Shown here in pieces: positions 30,053 through 39,056 of a DNA stretch of 64,000 nt; the first letter of the stretch is position 1; each line of letters opens with the position of its first letter. The notes under the pieces are model-generated. The model was not told the DNA's origin. It saw nothing but the letters and a program-made list of their open reading frames with translations, and did not search any database. Location of the stretch: contig CAWKNZ010000002.1 of NCBI GenBank assembly GCA_963851265.1, forward strand, positions 544,001-608,000, read 5' to 3'. The translations under genes and the position numbers were made by a program. This DNA comes from an uncultured Gemmatimonadales bacterium (GTDB lineage Bacteria; Gemmatimonadota; Gemmatimonadetes; Gemmatimonadales; Gemmatimonadaceae).

Positions 30053-30823
30053 TCACGCCAGCGGGCTACTCGCGTCGTGTGGACCGTGACCGTTGGAGCG
30101 GGCGCGCGTGTGGAGCGCGGCGCGGGATTCGACGTCGGCGACGGCTCGTTCGAGAAGACGCGCCACGTAGAGCGTCCGCTCGACCGGGTCCGACGAGCCG
30201 AGTACGCGCTGACGCGTGGCCAACTCCAGCTCGATCGCGCCGGCGACGGCGAAGGCGACCAGGGCGTCGTCTGCGGGAATCGGCGACTCGACAGCCGGGG
30301 TGGCTGCGAGCGGACCCGTGGGCGTGCCGAACGATGGCGTCGCGGAAGCGCCGGCGGGCGCGTCGAGCGGCGGTTCGTCGGCGAGTGTGCGGGCGCCCCG
30401 GATCACGCGGGCAAATGCGGCGCGGGCGCGCCGGGCCGCGTCGGCGAGGGCGATGCGATCGATGTCGGGCGCGTCGCCGAACGGCCGTACCTGCGCGACG
30501 TGGTACGGCGTGCCCGCGGCGATGAGGCGTTCGAACGCGAATCGCTCACCCGCGTCGACGAGGATGTTGCTGCGACCGTCCCCGAGCGGCACGGCTTCGC
30601 GGATCGTGGCGAAGCAGCCGACGTGACCCGCGGGGATCGCGCGCTCGTCGTCGCCGGTGCGGAGGATGATGCCGAATCGACCGTCGGCCGCGCGCACGTC
30701 GGCGACCATCGCGCGGTAGCGCGGCTCGAAGATGTGGAGCTGGAGCTGTGTGCCGGGAAAGAGGACCAGAGCCAGCGGGAAGAGCGGAATCCGGGTCGTC
30801 TCGCCCGACTGGGCCTGGGTCAC
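30053..30823 (-). CDS. Stand-alone Lon substrate-binding domain protein
   Basis: IPLFPL.LVLFPG, LHIFEPRYRAMV, DGRSNI. Confidence 0.9.
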   Translation of the reverse strand: MTQAQSGETTRIPLFPLALVLFPGTQLQLHIFEPRYRAMVADVRAADGRFGIILRTGDDERAIPAGHVGCFATIREAVPLGDGRSNILVDAGERFAFERLIAAGTPYHVAQVRPFGDAPDIDRIALADAARRARAAFARVIRGARTLADEPPLDAPAGASATPSFGTPTGPLAATPAVESPIPADDALVAFAVAGAIELELATRQRVLGSSDPVERTLYVARLLERAVADVESRAALHTRARSNGHGPHDASSPLA

Positions 30824-31227
30824 GCGGACGGGACGATCAGGCGCCCGATCATCGCGCGCAACTCGGCGAGTTCAAACGGCTTGTTGAGCACCGGACAGGC
30901 CGATCGTTTCAGGAACTCGGACGCCTCGGGCGAGACCGAATCGCCGGTCGACAGGATGAGGCGGTCGAGCAGCGCGGGCCGTTCGACGGCGAGCCGTTCG
31001 TACAGGTCCATGCCCGAGATGTCGGGCATGCGCAGGTCCGAGATGATGACGTCGTAGTGCGGACCGCCGTCGGCGAGCAGGAGGTTGAGCGCCTGCCCGC
31101 CGTTTTCCGCGTCGTCGACCACCCAGCCCTGGCGCTGGAAGAACCGTCGCAGCGCGTGTCGAATGACCGGCTCGTCGTCGACGAGCAGGGCGCGGTACGG
31201 AGCCGGTTGGCTCAGATCGTTCGGCAT
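30820..31227 (-). CDS. Single-domain response regulator
   Basis: LLVDDE, ISDLRMP, LSTG, NKPF; start at ATG 31227. Confidence 0.9.
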   Translation of the reverse strand: MPNDLSQPAPYRALLVDDEPVIRHALRRFFQRQGWVVDDAENGGQALNLLLADGGPHYDVIISDLRMPDISGMDLYERLAVERPALLDRLILSTGDSVSPEASEFLKRSACPVLNKPFELAELRAMIGRLIVPSA

Positions 31228-31392
31228 GACGGGAGGTGCGGGGGTCTGCCAATGCCGGCGGGGATGCTGCGGCCGGTCGTCGGAGGAGCGCACGCAACGG
31301 GGGGCGGCGCCGGCAAAGCTAGCGCCGCCCCCCGCCAACGGCGGCGCCAGGCCGCGGCCCGCGCGCGGCCTGGTCGCGCGCCGCGCGGCCGC

Positions 31393-32346
31393 TCACGCCG
31401 CCGTCCAGAACTCGCTGAGGGCGGGGCCGTGCGCAGACTCGCGCAGCTTGGCGAACGCGCGCTCGCGAATCTGGCGGATGCGCTCGCGCGTCACGCCCAT
31501 GACGGCGCCGATCCGCTCGAGGGTCATCTCCTCGGAGCCGGGTTCGAGCCCGTAGTACAGCACGAGGATGCGGCGCTCGCGCGGCGTGAGGCAGTGTTGG
31601 AGCGCGTACTGCAACTGCTCACAGACGAGCCGGTCGGCGAGCGCGTCGTCGGCGTCGATCGTCCGGTCGTCGGCGATGCGCTCGCCGAAGGTGCCGGCCT
31701 CGCGCGCGGCGCGGTCGATGGGCGCGTCGAGCGCGATCTCGGGCGCGGCCATCTGGCGGCACTGGCGGACGATCTCGGGCGCCTCGCCGAGCAGCTCGGC
31801 GAGTTCGTCGTCGGACGGGTCGCGGCCGAGGCGTTGGGCGAGGATCGCGTGCGCACGGCCGGCGCGGATGAGCGCGGTATTCTGGTTGAGCGGCACGCGG
31901 ACGGCGCGCGTTTGTTCGGCGAGCGCCTTGAGCACCGCCTGACGGACCCACCACACGGCGTACGAGATGAACTTGACCCCCTGATCCGGGTCGAACTTCC
32001 GCACCGCCTTGAGCAAGCCCTCGTTGCCGATCGCGACGAGGTCGGCCAGTTCGAGGCCGCGTCCCTGGTAGCGCTTCACGTACGAGATCACGAACCGCAA
32101 GTTCGCGGTGACGAGGCGTTCTGCGGCGGCCGTGTCGCCCAGGCGCGCGAGGTGGGCGAGTCGCCGCTCCTCCTCGACGTCGTTGATGAGCGGCAGACGC
32201 TGGATGTCGCTCAGGTACTGGTCGAACGACGTGCTCGCGGCGAAGGGGGAGGGGAGCGTCGTTCGGCCCGAGGGCGCGAGGGGGCGCGACATCGACCGGG
32301 CGGGAAGGGACGCCGTGGGGCGGGACGCGGCGGGCACACGCTGCAT
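31393..32346 (-). CDS. Alternative sigma-70 family factor (RpoD-like, no region 1.1)
   Basis: YLSDI, ANLRFVIS, KFDPDQGVKFISYAVWWVRQ, TLERIG...TRERIRQI; GAGGT before ATG 32346. Confidence 0.93.
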   Translation of the reverse strand: MQRVPAASRPTASLPARSMSRPLAPSGRTTLPSPFAASTSFDQYLSDIQRLPLINDVEEERRLAHLARLGDTAAAERLVTANLRFVISYVKRYQGRGLELADLVAIGNEGLLKAVRKFDPDQGVKFISYAVWWVRQAVLKALAEQTRAVRVPLNQNTALIRAGRAHAILAQRLGRDPSDDELAELLGEAPEIVRQCRQMAAPEIALDAPIDRAAREAGTFGERIADDRTIDADDALADRLVCEQLQYALQHCLTPRERRILVLYYGLEPGSEEMTLERIGAVMGVTRERIRQIRERAFAKLRESAHGPALSEFWTAA

Positions 32347-32430
32347 GAACACCTCTCACGAGGGCGACGGCAGGTGGCGGGCGGCGCCGGGGTGGGGAGG
32401 ACGGGGCGCGCCCAGGGCTAGTGCGGGAGC

Positions 32431-32445
32431 GCCACGGTAATGCCA
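32431..32445 (-). promoter_or_regulatory. Candidate sigma-54 promoter upstream of the sigma factor gene
   Basis: Minus strand TGGCAT-TACCG-TGGC has GG-N10-GC spacing; intergenic, about 85 nt before the start. Confidence 0.5.
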
Positions 32446-32480
32446 CGATTGGAGCCGGTCAATAGTGACCGGCCGGGCGC

Positions 32481-32654
32481 TCAGCGACGCCGCGTCGACC
32501 GCGGGCGCGCGGACGCGACGGCGAGCGCGCCCGCGACGGCGACGAGCACGAGAGCCGCCGTCCAGAGCGGTGGAACGTTGAGCAGCACGGCGCCGACGGC
32601 GACGCCCGCGAGCAGCAGGGCGAACAGGGCCAGGTAGATGGCGGTCGGCGTCAT
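32481..32654 (-). CDS. Small two-TM membrane protein (57 aa)
   Basis: MTPTAIYLALFALLLAGVAVGAVLLNVPPLWTAALVLVAVAGALAVASARPRSTRRR; ATG 7 nt after the previous stop. Confidence 0.7.
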   Translation of the reverse strand: MTPTAIYLALFALLLAGVAVGAVLLNVPPLWTAALVLVAVAGALAVASARPRSTRRR

Positions 32655-32661
32655 GAGGAGC

Positions 32662-33474
32662 TCAGTCTCCGAGGGCGACGAGGGACGCGATCCCCGGCCG
32701 AGTGCCGAACCGTTCGGCGTCGGCGCAGTCGGGCGTCCAGATGTCGAGGTGGGTACCGTGGACCGCGCCTCCGGTGTCCTCGACGCGAAAGCGGCCGAGG
32801 TAGCGACCGGCGGCAAAGACTTCGACGTGACGCAACATCGGAAAGATTCGCGGATCGGCGGCGACGATGCCGGCGCGCGTGGGGGTGCCCTGTCGCGTGG
32901 TGCCGCGCAGGCAGTACGCCGTGAGCGTGACGGTGACGGGCTGCCCGGGACGCGCCCGCGCGGCGAGCGCGCGCAGGATCGGGAAGTCGGGCGTGAGCGC
33001 GCGGGGAAGACTGAGCCGCGGCATGATGAGTGGCGAGGCGAACGTGCGGAGCGCCGCGAAGGGCTTGGGCAGGCGGTCGCGCCAGGCGGCCGCGGCACCG
33101 GCCGCGCTGTCCGCGGGCGACGCGAGCACCTCGACCGGGTCGTGCCACCACTCGCTGAGCACGGTCACTGGCGCGTGGCGTGCGACGGTGTCGGCCGGCG
33201 GCGGTGCCGGTGCAGTACCGACCGGAGCGAGGATCGGGGCCGCGGGTGCGTCGCGGTCGGCGTGGCGGGTGGCCGCACGTCGGCTGAGGACGATCATCGC
33301 GGCGACCGCCAGCCAGCCGACGGCCAGCGCCGGGTGTGGCGTCGAGGACCGCCGGCGCGGTAACCGTTGCGGTAATACCTCGCGGCGGTCCCGCGGCTCG
33401 GGGTCGACCGGCTGTTCGTCCTCTTGCGGGCGATGGCCGAATGGCTGGTCGCCGAACCACTCGCGCTCGGTCAC
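32662..33474 (-). CDS. Membrane-anchored 3D-domain protein
   Basis: LTAYC, VAADP, VEDTGGAV, LDIW (three Asp); GTGA overlap with the aroB stop. Confidence 0.88.
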   Translation of the reverse strand: MTEREWFGDQPFGHRPQEDEQPVDPEPRDRREVLPQRLPRRRSSTPHPALAVGWLAVAAMIVLSRRAATRHADRDAPAAPILAPVGTAPAPPPADTVARHAPVTVLSEWWHDPVEVLASPADSAAGAAAAWRDRLPKPFAALRTFASPLIMPRLSLPRALTPDFPILRALAARARPGQPVTVTLTAYCLRGTTRQGTPTRAGIVAADPRIFPMLRHVEVFAAGRYLGRFRVEDTGGAVHGTHLDIWTPDCADAERFGTRPGIASLVALGD

Positions 33475-34571
33475 GCGCTGCAGGCGGCCAGGGCGTCGCG
33501 AACGACCTGATCGGAGAGCGGCACGGTCCACCGTCCGCCGCCTTCGGCCATCGCGCCGATGCGAGTGGGGAGCGCGTACTCGATCGTGCCGCGCCGCGCC
33601 TTCTTGTCGAGGCGCATGCAGTCGAGGATGGCGTCTGCGCTGATCGCGGCCGGCGCCGTGATGGGGAGCGCGCCAGCGACGAGCGCATCGCGGATCCGGC
33701 CCGCGGTGCCCGACTCCGCGACATCCGCCAGTTCGGCGGCGGTGGCCTCGACGACCATCCCGATCGCGACCGCCTCGCCGTGGCGGAGGGCATAGCCGCT
33801 CAGCGCTTCCACGGCGTGGCCGATGGTATGGCCGAGGTTGAGCACGTGGCGTCGGCCTCGCTCGCGCGGGTCGTCGGCGACCACGCGCGCCTTGACGGCG
33901 ATGCTCGCGGCGATGAATTCGGCGAGCGTCGCGGTGTCGTGCGTCGGGTCCGCAGCCGCGAGCAGCGCGCTGGCGGCGGCGAAGTGGGAGGCGCTCGCGA
34001 TGACGCCGTGCTTCAGTGCCTCGACGGCTCCCGCCCGCAGGTCGGCGATGGGCAGCGTGGCGAGCGCGTCGGGGTCGACGACGACGAGTGCCGGCGGATG
34101 GAAGGCGCCGACGAGGTTCTTCCCCGCGGTCGTGTCGACGGCGACCTTGCCGCCCACGCTCGCGTCGACCATGGCGAGCAGCGTCGTCGGAACCTGGACC
34201 ACGGGCAGGCCGCGCATGTAGGTGGCCGCCACGAATCCGGCGAGGTCGCCGACGACGCCGCCGCCGAGTGCGAGAACGGCGGTGTCGCGCCCGCAGCCGG
34301 CGGCGAGCATCGCGTCCGTGAGCGCGGCCCACTCCTCCCGGGTCTTGTGCGCTTCGCCCGGCGGCACGGTGAGGAGCAGGGTCGGCCGGGTTCCCACGCC
34401 GTCGAGTTGCGCGACGACGGTGGCCGCATGGTGCGTTGCGACGGTCGCGTCGGCGATGACCACCCAGCGGTCAGCGCCGATGCCGTCGACGAAGGTGTGG
34501 AGGGCGCGGAGTGCGCCGGGTCCGACGAGGACGCGGTAGGAGAGGAGACCCGCCGCGGCGTCGCTTACCAC
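33471..34571 (-). CDS. aroB: 3-dehydroquinate synthase
   Basis: GEAHK, LGGGVVGDLAGF, PTTLLAMVDASVGGK, GKNLVGAF, LNLGHTIGHAVE, HGEAV. Confidence 0.96.
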   Translation of the reverse strand: MVSDAAAGLLSYRVLVGPGALRALHTFVDGIGADRWVVIADATVATHHAATVVAQLDGVGTRPTLLLTVPPGEAHKTREEWAALTDAMLAAGCGRDTAVLALGGGVVGDLAGFVAATYMRGLPVVQVPTTLLAMVDASVGGKVAVDTTAGKNLVGAFHPPALVVVDPDALATLPIADLRAGAVEALKHGVIASASHFAAASALLAAADPTHDTATLAEFIAASIAVKARVVADDPRERGRRHVLNLGHTIGHAVEALSGYALRHGEAVAIGMVVEATAAELADVAESGTAGRIRDALVAGALPITAPAAISADAILDCMRLDKKARRGTIEYALPTRIGAMAEGGGRWTVPLSDQVVRDALAACSA

Positions 34572-35116
34572 GTCGCCTCGTCGGCCCCCGCCCGGTGGTT
34601 GGCGACGCGCGCGAGCACGAAGAGCAGGTCGGACAGGCGGTTGAGGTACATGACCACGAGGGTCGGCACCTCGACCTCGCGCGCGAGTGCGACGACGCGG
34701 CGTTCGGCGCGGCGGCACACGGTGCGGGCGACGTGGAGCGCCGCCGCCTTGGGCGTGCCGCCAGGGAGGATGAACGCGCGCAGCGGCTCGAGCTCGCGGT
34801 CGCCGTCATCGATCGCCTGTTCGAGCTGGGCGACGCGCGCCTCGCCGAGGTCGGCCTTGGTGAGCTGTTCGTGCATCCGGTCGCGGTCGGGCGTGGCCAG
34901 CAGGGCGCCGATCGCGAACAGGTCGCGCTGCACGGGGACGAGCACCTCGTCGATGCGCGGCATCAGTTCGATGGCACGCGCGAGGCCGAGTGCGGCGTTG
35001 AGTTCGTCGACGTCGCCGTACGCGTCGACGCGGACGTCGTCCTTGCCGACGCGGCCGCCGCCGAAGAGGGCGGTGTCGCCGCGGTCGCCCGTCCGGGTGT
35101 AGATCTTCAGGGTCAT
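34565..35116 (-). CDS. ATP:cob(I)alamin adenosyltransferase, PduO type
   Basis: KIYTRTGDRG, YGDVDELN, FILPGG, RTVCRRAER, YLNRLSDLLF. Confidence 0.95.
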   Translation of the reverse strand: MTLKIYTRTGDRGDTALFGGGRVGKDDVRVDAYGDVDELNAALGLARAIELMPRIDEVLVPVQRDLFAIGALLATPDRDRMHEQLTKADLGEARVAQLEQAIDDGDRELEPLRAFILPGGTPKAAALHVARTVCRRAERRVVALAREVEVPTLVVMYLNRLSDLLFVLARVANHRAGADEATW

Positions 35117-35197
35117 GGGCCGGAAGGTAGTCGGGGCGGCGTTTGGGGCGCTCTTACTTTGCGAGATGCACACATCGGACGGAACACCTTGGACGGC

Positions 35198-36262
35198 ATG
35201 AACGCACAGACCGGCTCGAACGGCCAGGCCCACCCGCTCGTCGACATCACGGTCATCGGTGGGGGTCCTGCGGGGCTCTTCGCCATGTTCTACGCCGGGA
35301 TGCGGCAGGCGACCGCGCAGGTGGTCGACGCCCTGCCGCAGCTCGGGGGTCAGCTCACGGCGCTGTATCCCGAGAAGTACATCTTCGACGTCGCGGGCTT
35401 TCCGCAGGTGCTCGCGAAGGACCTCGTGAAGTCGCTCGCCGACCAGGCGTCACGCTGGGACTTTCCGACGCACCTCAACCGCCGCGTGACCGGGCTCCGC
35501 GAGGCGCAGGACGGCGACGGCCGGCCGCACTTCGTGCTCGAGACCACGGACGGCGAGTTCCCGACGCGTGCGCTGGTGATCGCGGCGGGGATCGGGGCGT
35601 TCTCGCCGCGCCGGCTGCCGCAGCCGGTCGCCGAGGGGTGGTACGGGCGCGGCATCTACGACGTGGTCACCAACCCGGACCACTACCGCGATCAGCACGT
35701 GGTGATCATCGGCGGCGGCGACTCGGCGTTCGACTGGGGCACGCAGATGGTCGGCAAGGCGGCGCACGTGACGATCGTCCACCGCAGCGACCGCTTCCGC
35801 GCGCACGGCGCGACGGTGGCGGAGTTCAAGGCGCACGCCGACGCGGGCCGCGCCACGCTGCTCACCTTCCACGAGCTGGCGGACATCCGGGTGCACGCGG
35901 ACGGCGAGCGGTTCAGCCACCTCGTGCTGAAGGACGTCAAGGCGAAGACGACGCGCGAGATCGAGGCCGACGTGGTGCTGCCGATGCTGGGCTTCGTGAG
36001 CGACCTCGGGCCGCTGGCCGAGTGGGGGCTCACGCTCGATAAGGACGAGATCATCGTCAACTCGCGAATGGAGACCGGGCGCGAGGGGATCTACGCCGCG
36101 GGCGATGTGACGACCTATCCGGGGAAGCTCAAGCTGATCGCGTCGGGGTTCTCGGAGGCGGCGATCGCGGTGAACCAGGCCGTGCACTGGATCCACCCCG
36201 AAAAGAAGGTCACGCCGGGTCACAGCTCGAACATGATCGTGTTCGGGCAGAAGGACGACTGA
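35198..36262 (+). CDS. TrxR-like ferredoxin--NADP(+) reductase (YumC type)
   Basis: IGGGPAG, GGQLTALYPEKYIFDV, GGGDSA, YPGKLKLI, GHSS; no CxxC. Confidence 0.9.
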   Translation: MNAQTGSNGQAHPLVDITVIGGGPAGLFAMFYAGMRQATAQVVDALPQLGGQLTALYPEKYIFDVAGFPQVLAKDLVKSLADQASRWDFPTHLNRRVTGLREAQDGDGRPHFVLETTDGEFPTRALVIAAGIGAFSPRRLPQPVAEGWYGRGIYDVVTNPDHYRDQHVVIIGGGDSAFDWGTQMVGKAAHVTIVHRSDRFRAHGATVAEFKAHADAGRATLLTFHELADIRVHADGERFSHLVLKDVKAKTTREIEADVVLPMLGFVSDLGPLAEWGLTLDKDEIIVNSRMETGREGIYAAGDVTTYPGKLKLIASGFSEAAIAVNQAVHWIHPEKKVTPGHSSNMIVFGQKDD

Positions 36263-36295
36263 CGGCCCGGCCGTCCCGGGCGCGCGTCGGGCGCG

Positions 36296-37228
36296 TCAGT
36301 CGTAGCGTACGCGGGGGTCGGCCTTCGCGTACGCCACGTCGGTGAGCATGTTCACGAGCACGAACACGCCGCTCAGGAAGAGCACGCTCCCCTGGATGGC
36401 GGGCAGGTCGCGGCGGCTGATCGCGTTGACGACGTAGCGTCCGAGGCCGGGCCACGAGAAGATGGTCTCGGTGAGGATGCTGCCCGTCAGGTAATAGCCG
36501 AAGTCGAGGCCGAGCACGGTCACCACCGGGACGAGCGCGTTGCGGAGCGCGTGTTTGGCGACCACCGCGCGCTCGGCCAGCCCCTTCGCGCGGGCGGTGC
36601 GCACGTACTCGCCGCCCAACACCTCGAGCATCGCCGAGCGGGTGACGCGGGCGAGGAAGGCGACGGAGCGGGTGCCGAGGGCGAGGGCCGGGAGGACGAG
36701 GTACCGGGCGCCCGCGAGGCCGGGCGCGTAGCCCGAGGCGGGGAGCCAGCGGAGGCGGACCGCGAAGAGTAGGATCGCGAGCAGGCCGACCCAGTAGACC
36801 GGGAAGGAGATGCCGAGGTACGCGGCGCCCAACGCGATCCGGTCGGTCGCGCCGCCGGGGTTGCGGGCGGAGAGCACGCCGAGCGTGACGCCCGCGACGG
36901 TCGCGAAGAGCATCGCCGTGCCCGCGAGCAGCAGCGTCTTCGGGAAGCGCTCGGCCACGTCGCGCGCGATCGGGCGGTCGGTGATGAACGAGCGGCCGAG
37001 GTCGCCGCGGAGCACGCCGCCCGCGTAGTGGGCGAACTGCGCCGGGAGCGACTCGTCGAGGTGGAGGTCGTGGCGGAGGCGGGCGATGGTGGCGGGGTCG
37101 GCGCGCTCGCCGACCATCTCCTGCACCGGGTCGCCGGGGGCGACGAAGAGGAGAAGGAAGGTGACGACGACGACGCCCGCGAGCGTCGGCACGGCGAGGA
37201 GCAGCCGGCGGAGGAGGTAGGCGCCCAC
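36296..37228 (-). CDS. Peptide ABC transporter permease (DppB/OppB-like)
   Basis: PGDP, GDLGRS, YVRTARAKGL, HALRNA, ETIFSWPGLG. Confidence 0.95.
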   Translation of the reverse strand: MGAYLLRRLLLAVPTLAGVVVVTFLLLFVAPGDPVQEMVGERADPATIARLRHDLHLDESLPAQFAHYAGGVLRGDLGRSFITDRPIARDVAERFPKTLLLAGTAMLFATVAGVTLGVLSARNPGGATDRIALGAAYLGISFPVYWVGLLAILLFAVRLRWLPASGYAPGLAGARYLVLPALALGTRSVAFLARVTRSAMLEVLGGEYVRTARAKGLAERAVVAKHALRNALVPVVTVLGLDFGYYLTGSILTETIFSWPGLGRYVVNAISRRDLPAIQGSVLFLSGVFVLVNMLTDVAYAKADPRVRYD

Positions 37229-37250
37229 GGGGCTCGCGCCTAACGGCTCG

Positions 37251-38921
37251 TCAGCGCGCCGCTCCGGCCGCCGCGCCCGCCGACGGCGGGGTGGCGGGCG
37301 GCGGGGTGGCCGCGGCGCCGTTGCTGTGGTCGACCGTCACGCCGAGCCAGCGCTGGCCGTTGTAGATGGTGGGCACCTGGAAGTTGCGGATCCAGGGCTG
37401 CACGGCGTACAGCGCGTTGTAGTGGAACAGGTAGAGCATGGGCGCGTCGGCGAAGGCCGTCGAGTCGGCCTGGCGCGAGAGGGCGGCGCGCTGCTGGTCG
37501 TCGAGCGTGCGGCGGGCGAGGGTCACGAGTGAGTCGACGCGCCGGTTGGCGTAGAAGCTCAGGTTGCCGCCCGCGCCCTTGCTCGTGGAGGCGAGCAGTG
37601 GCGTGAGGAAGGCGTCCGCGTCGGGGTAGTCGGCGAACCAGTCCTTCACCACGAGGTCGACCTGCCCGTTGCGGGCGGCTTCACGCACGCTCGGCGCGTC
37701 GCGCTGCACGAGGGTGGCGCGGATGTTCGCGGCCTTCAGGTAGCCCTGGATGGATTGCGCGATGCGCGAGACCGTCGCCTGCTGCGACGACCAGAGTTGC
37801 ACGTCGATCCCGTTGGCGAACCCGGCGGCGGCGAGAAGCTGCCGCGCGCGCGCGGGGTCATAGGGGTAGGGCGCGCGGTCGTCGGCGAGCGAGTCGAGCG
37901 CGCCCGGAATCACGCCCGAGGCGCGCACGCCGCGCCCGGCGACGAGGCGGTCGAGGATCGCCTTCTTGTCGACGGCCATGTTGATGGCCTGCCGCACGCG
38001 GACGTCGGCGAGCGGGCCGCGCGTGGTGTTGATGGCGACGTAGTAGAGCCGCAGCGCGGGCGCGCTCTGGAGGCGGGCCTGGCGCTCGTCGGTCTGCTCC
38101 CAGGTGCGCGTCTCGCCCTCGGGCACCGCGAGCACGTCGACCGTGCCGTTCTCGAACTCGGCGACCGCGGTGGACTGCTCGGGGATGATGCGCGCGGTGA
38201 GCGTGTCGACCGCGGGCGGGCCGCCCCAGTAGCTCGTGTTGCGCGCGAAGCGCAGGTAGTCGTCGTGCTTCCAGTCGACGAAGCGCCACGGCCCGGTGCC
38301 CACGGGGTGCTGCCCGAAGTCCGCGCCGGCCGACGGCGCGACGACCGACGCGACGGGCATGGCGAGCAGCTTGGGGAAGATCGCGAGCGCCGTGTCGAGG
38401 GTGACCTGCACGGTGCTGTCGTCGAGGGCGCGCGCGCCGGTGAGCGTGGTGCCGCGGCCCGCGGCGAAGGCGCGGGCGCCCTGGATGGCGAAGAGCGGCA
38501 GCGCGTTGCCGCCCTTCGTGGACGGGCTCAGCGCGCGGGCCCAGCTCGCGACGACCTGCCGGGCGATCAGCGGCGTGCCGTCGTGGAAACGCACACCCGG
38601 GCGCAGGTGGAACGTGTAGACGCGCCCGTCGGGCGAGACTTCCCAGCGCGTGGCGAGCCCGGGGGCGACGCGCGCGTCGGGGGTGAAGCGCGTGAGGCCG
38701 TCGAAGACGTAGGCGACCGCGCGCCCGGTGGGTACGTCGGTGGCGAGCGCGGGATCGAGCGAGCGCGGGTCGTACTCGTCGCGCGAGTCGACGAAGCCGT
38801 GCCGGTTCGGCGCCGCGTCGCCGCCGCGGCACGACGCGCCGGCGAGCAGGGCGGTGGCGAGGACGGCGGCGGAGCGGGTGCGGGAGCGCGGGAACGACGC
38901 GAACGGGGACGGCGCGAGCAT
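37251..38921 (-). CDS. Peptide ABC transporter substrate-binding protein (family 5)
   Basis: SLDP, YTFHLRPGVRFHDG, PVGTGPW, VRVRQAI, YDPARARQLLAAAG; possible lipobox GASC. Confidence 0.95.
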   Translation of the reverse strand: MLAPSPFASFPRSRTRSAAVLATALLAGASCRGGDAAPNRHGFVDSRDEYDPRSLDPALATDVPTGRAVAYVFDGLTRFTPDARVAPGLATRWEVSPDGRVYTFHLRPGVRFHDGTPLIARQVVASWARALSPSTKGGNALPLFAIQGARAFAAGRGTTLTGARALDDSTVQVTLDTALAIFPKLLAMPVASVVAPSAGADFGQHPVGTGPWRFVDWKHDDYLRFARNTSYWGGPPAVDTLTARIIPEQSTAVAEFENGTVDVLAVPEGETRTWEQTDERQARLQSAPALRLYYVAINTTRGPLADVRVRQAINMAVDKKAILDRLVAGRGVRASGVIPGALDSLADDRAPYPYDPARARQLLAAAGFANGIDVQLWSSQQATVSRIAQSIQGYLKAANIRATLVQRDAPSVREAARNGQVDLVVKDWFADYPDADAFLTPLLASTSKGAGGNLSFYANRRVDSLVTLARRTLDDQQRAALSRQADSTAFADAPMLYLFHYNALYAVQPWIRNFQVPTIYNGQRWLGVTVDHSNGAAATPPPATPPSAGAAAGAAR

Positions 38922-39056
38922 GACTTGGGGCTGAGGACGCGGCGGCGTAAGGTAATCCGCCGCGGACCCCGGGTCCGCGCGTTGACCGCTCCGGTCACGC
39001 CGGAGAACTTACGCGCCGCTCATGTCCACCGATCTGGCCGTCCACCCGCCCACGTT

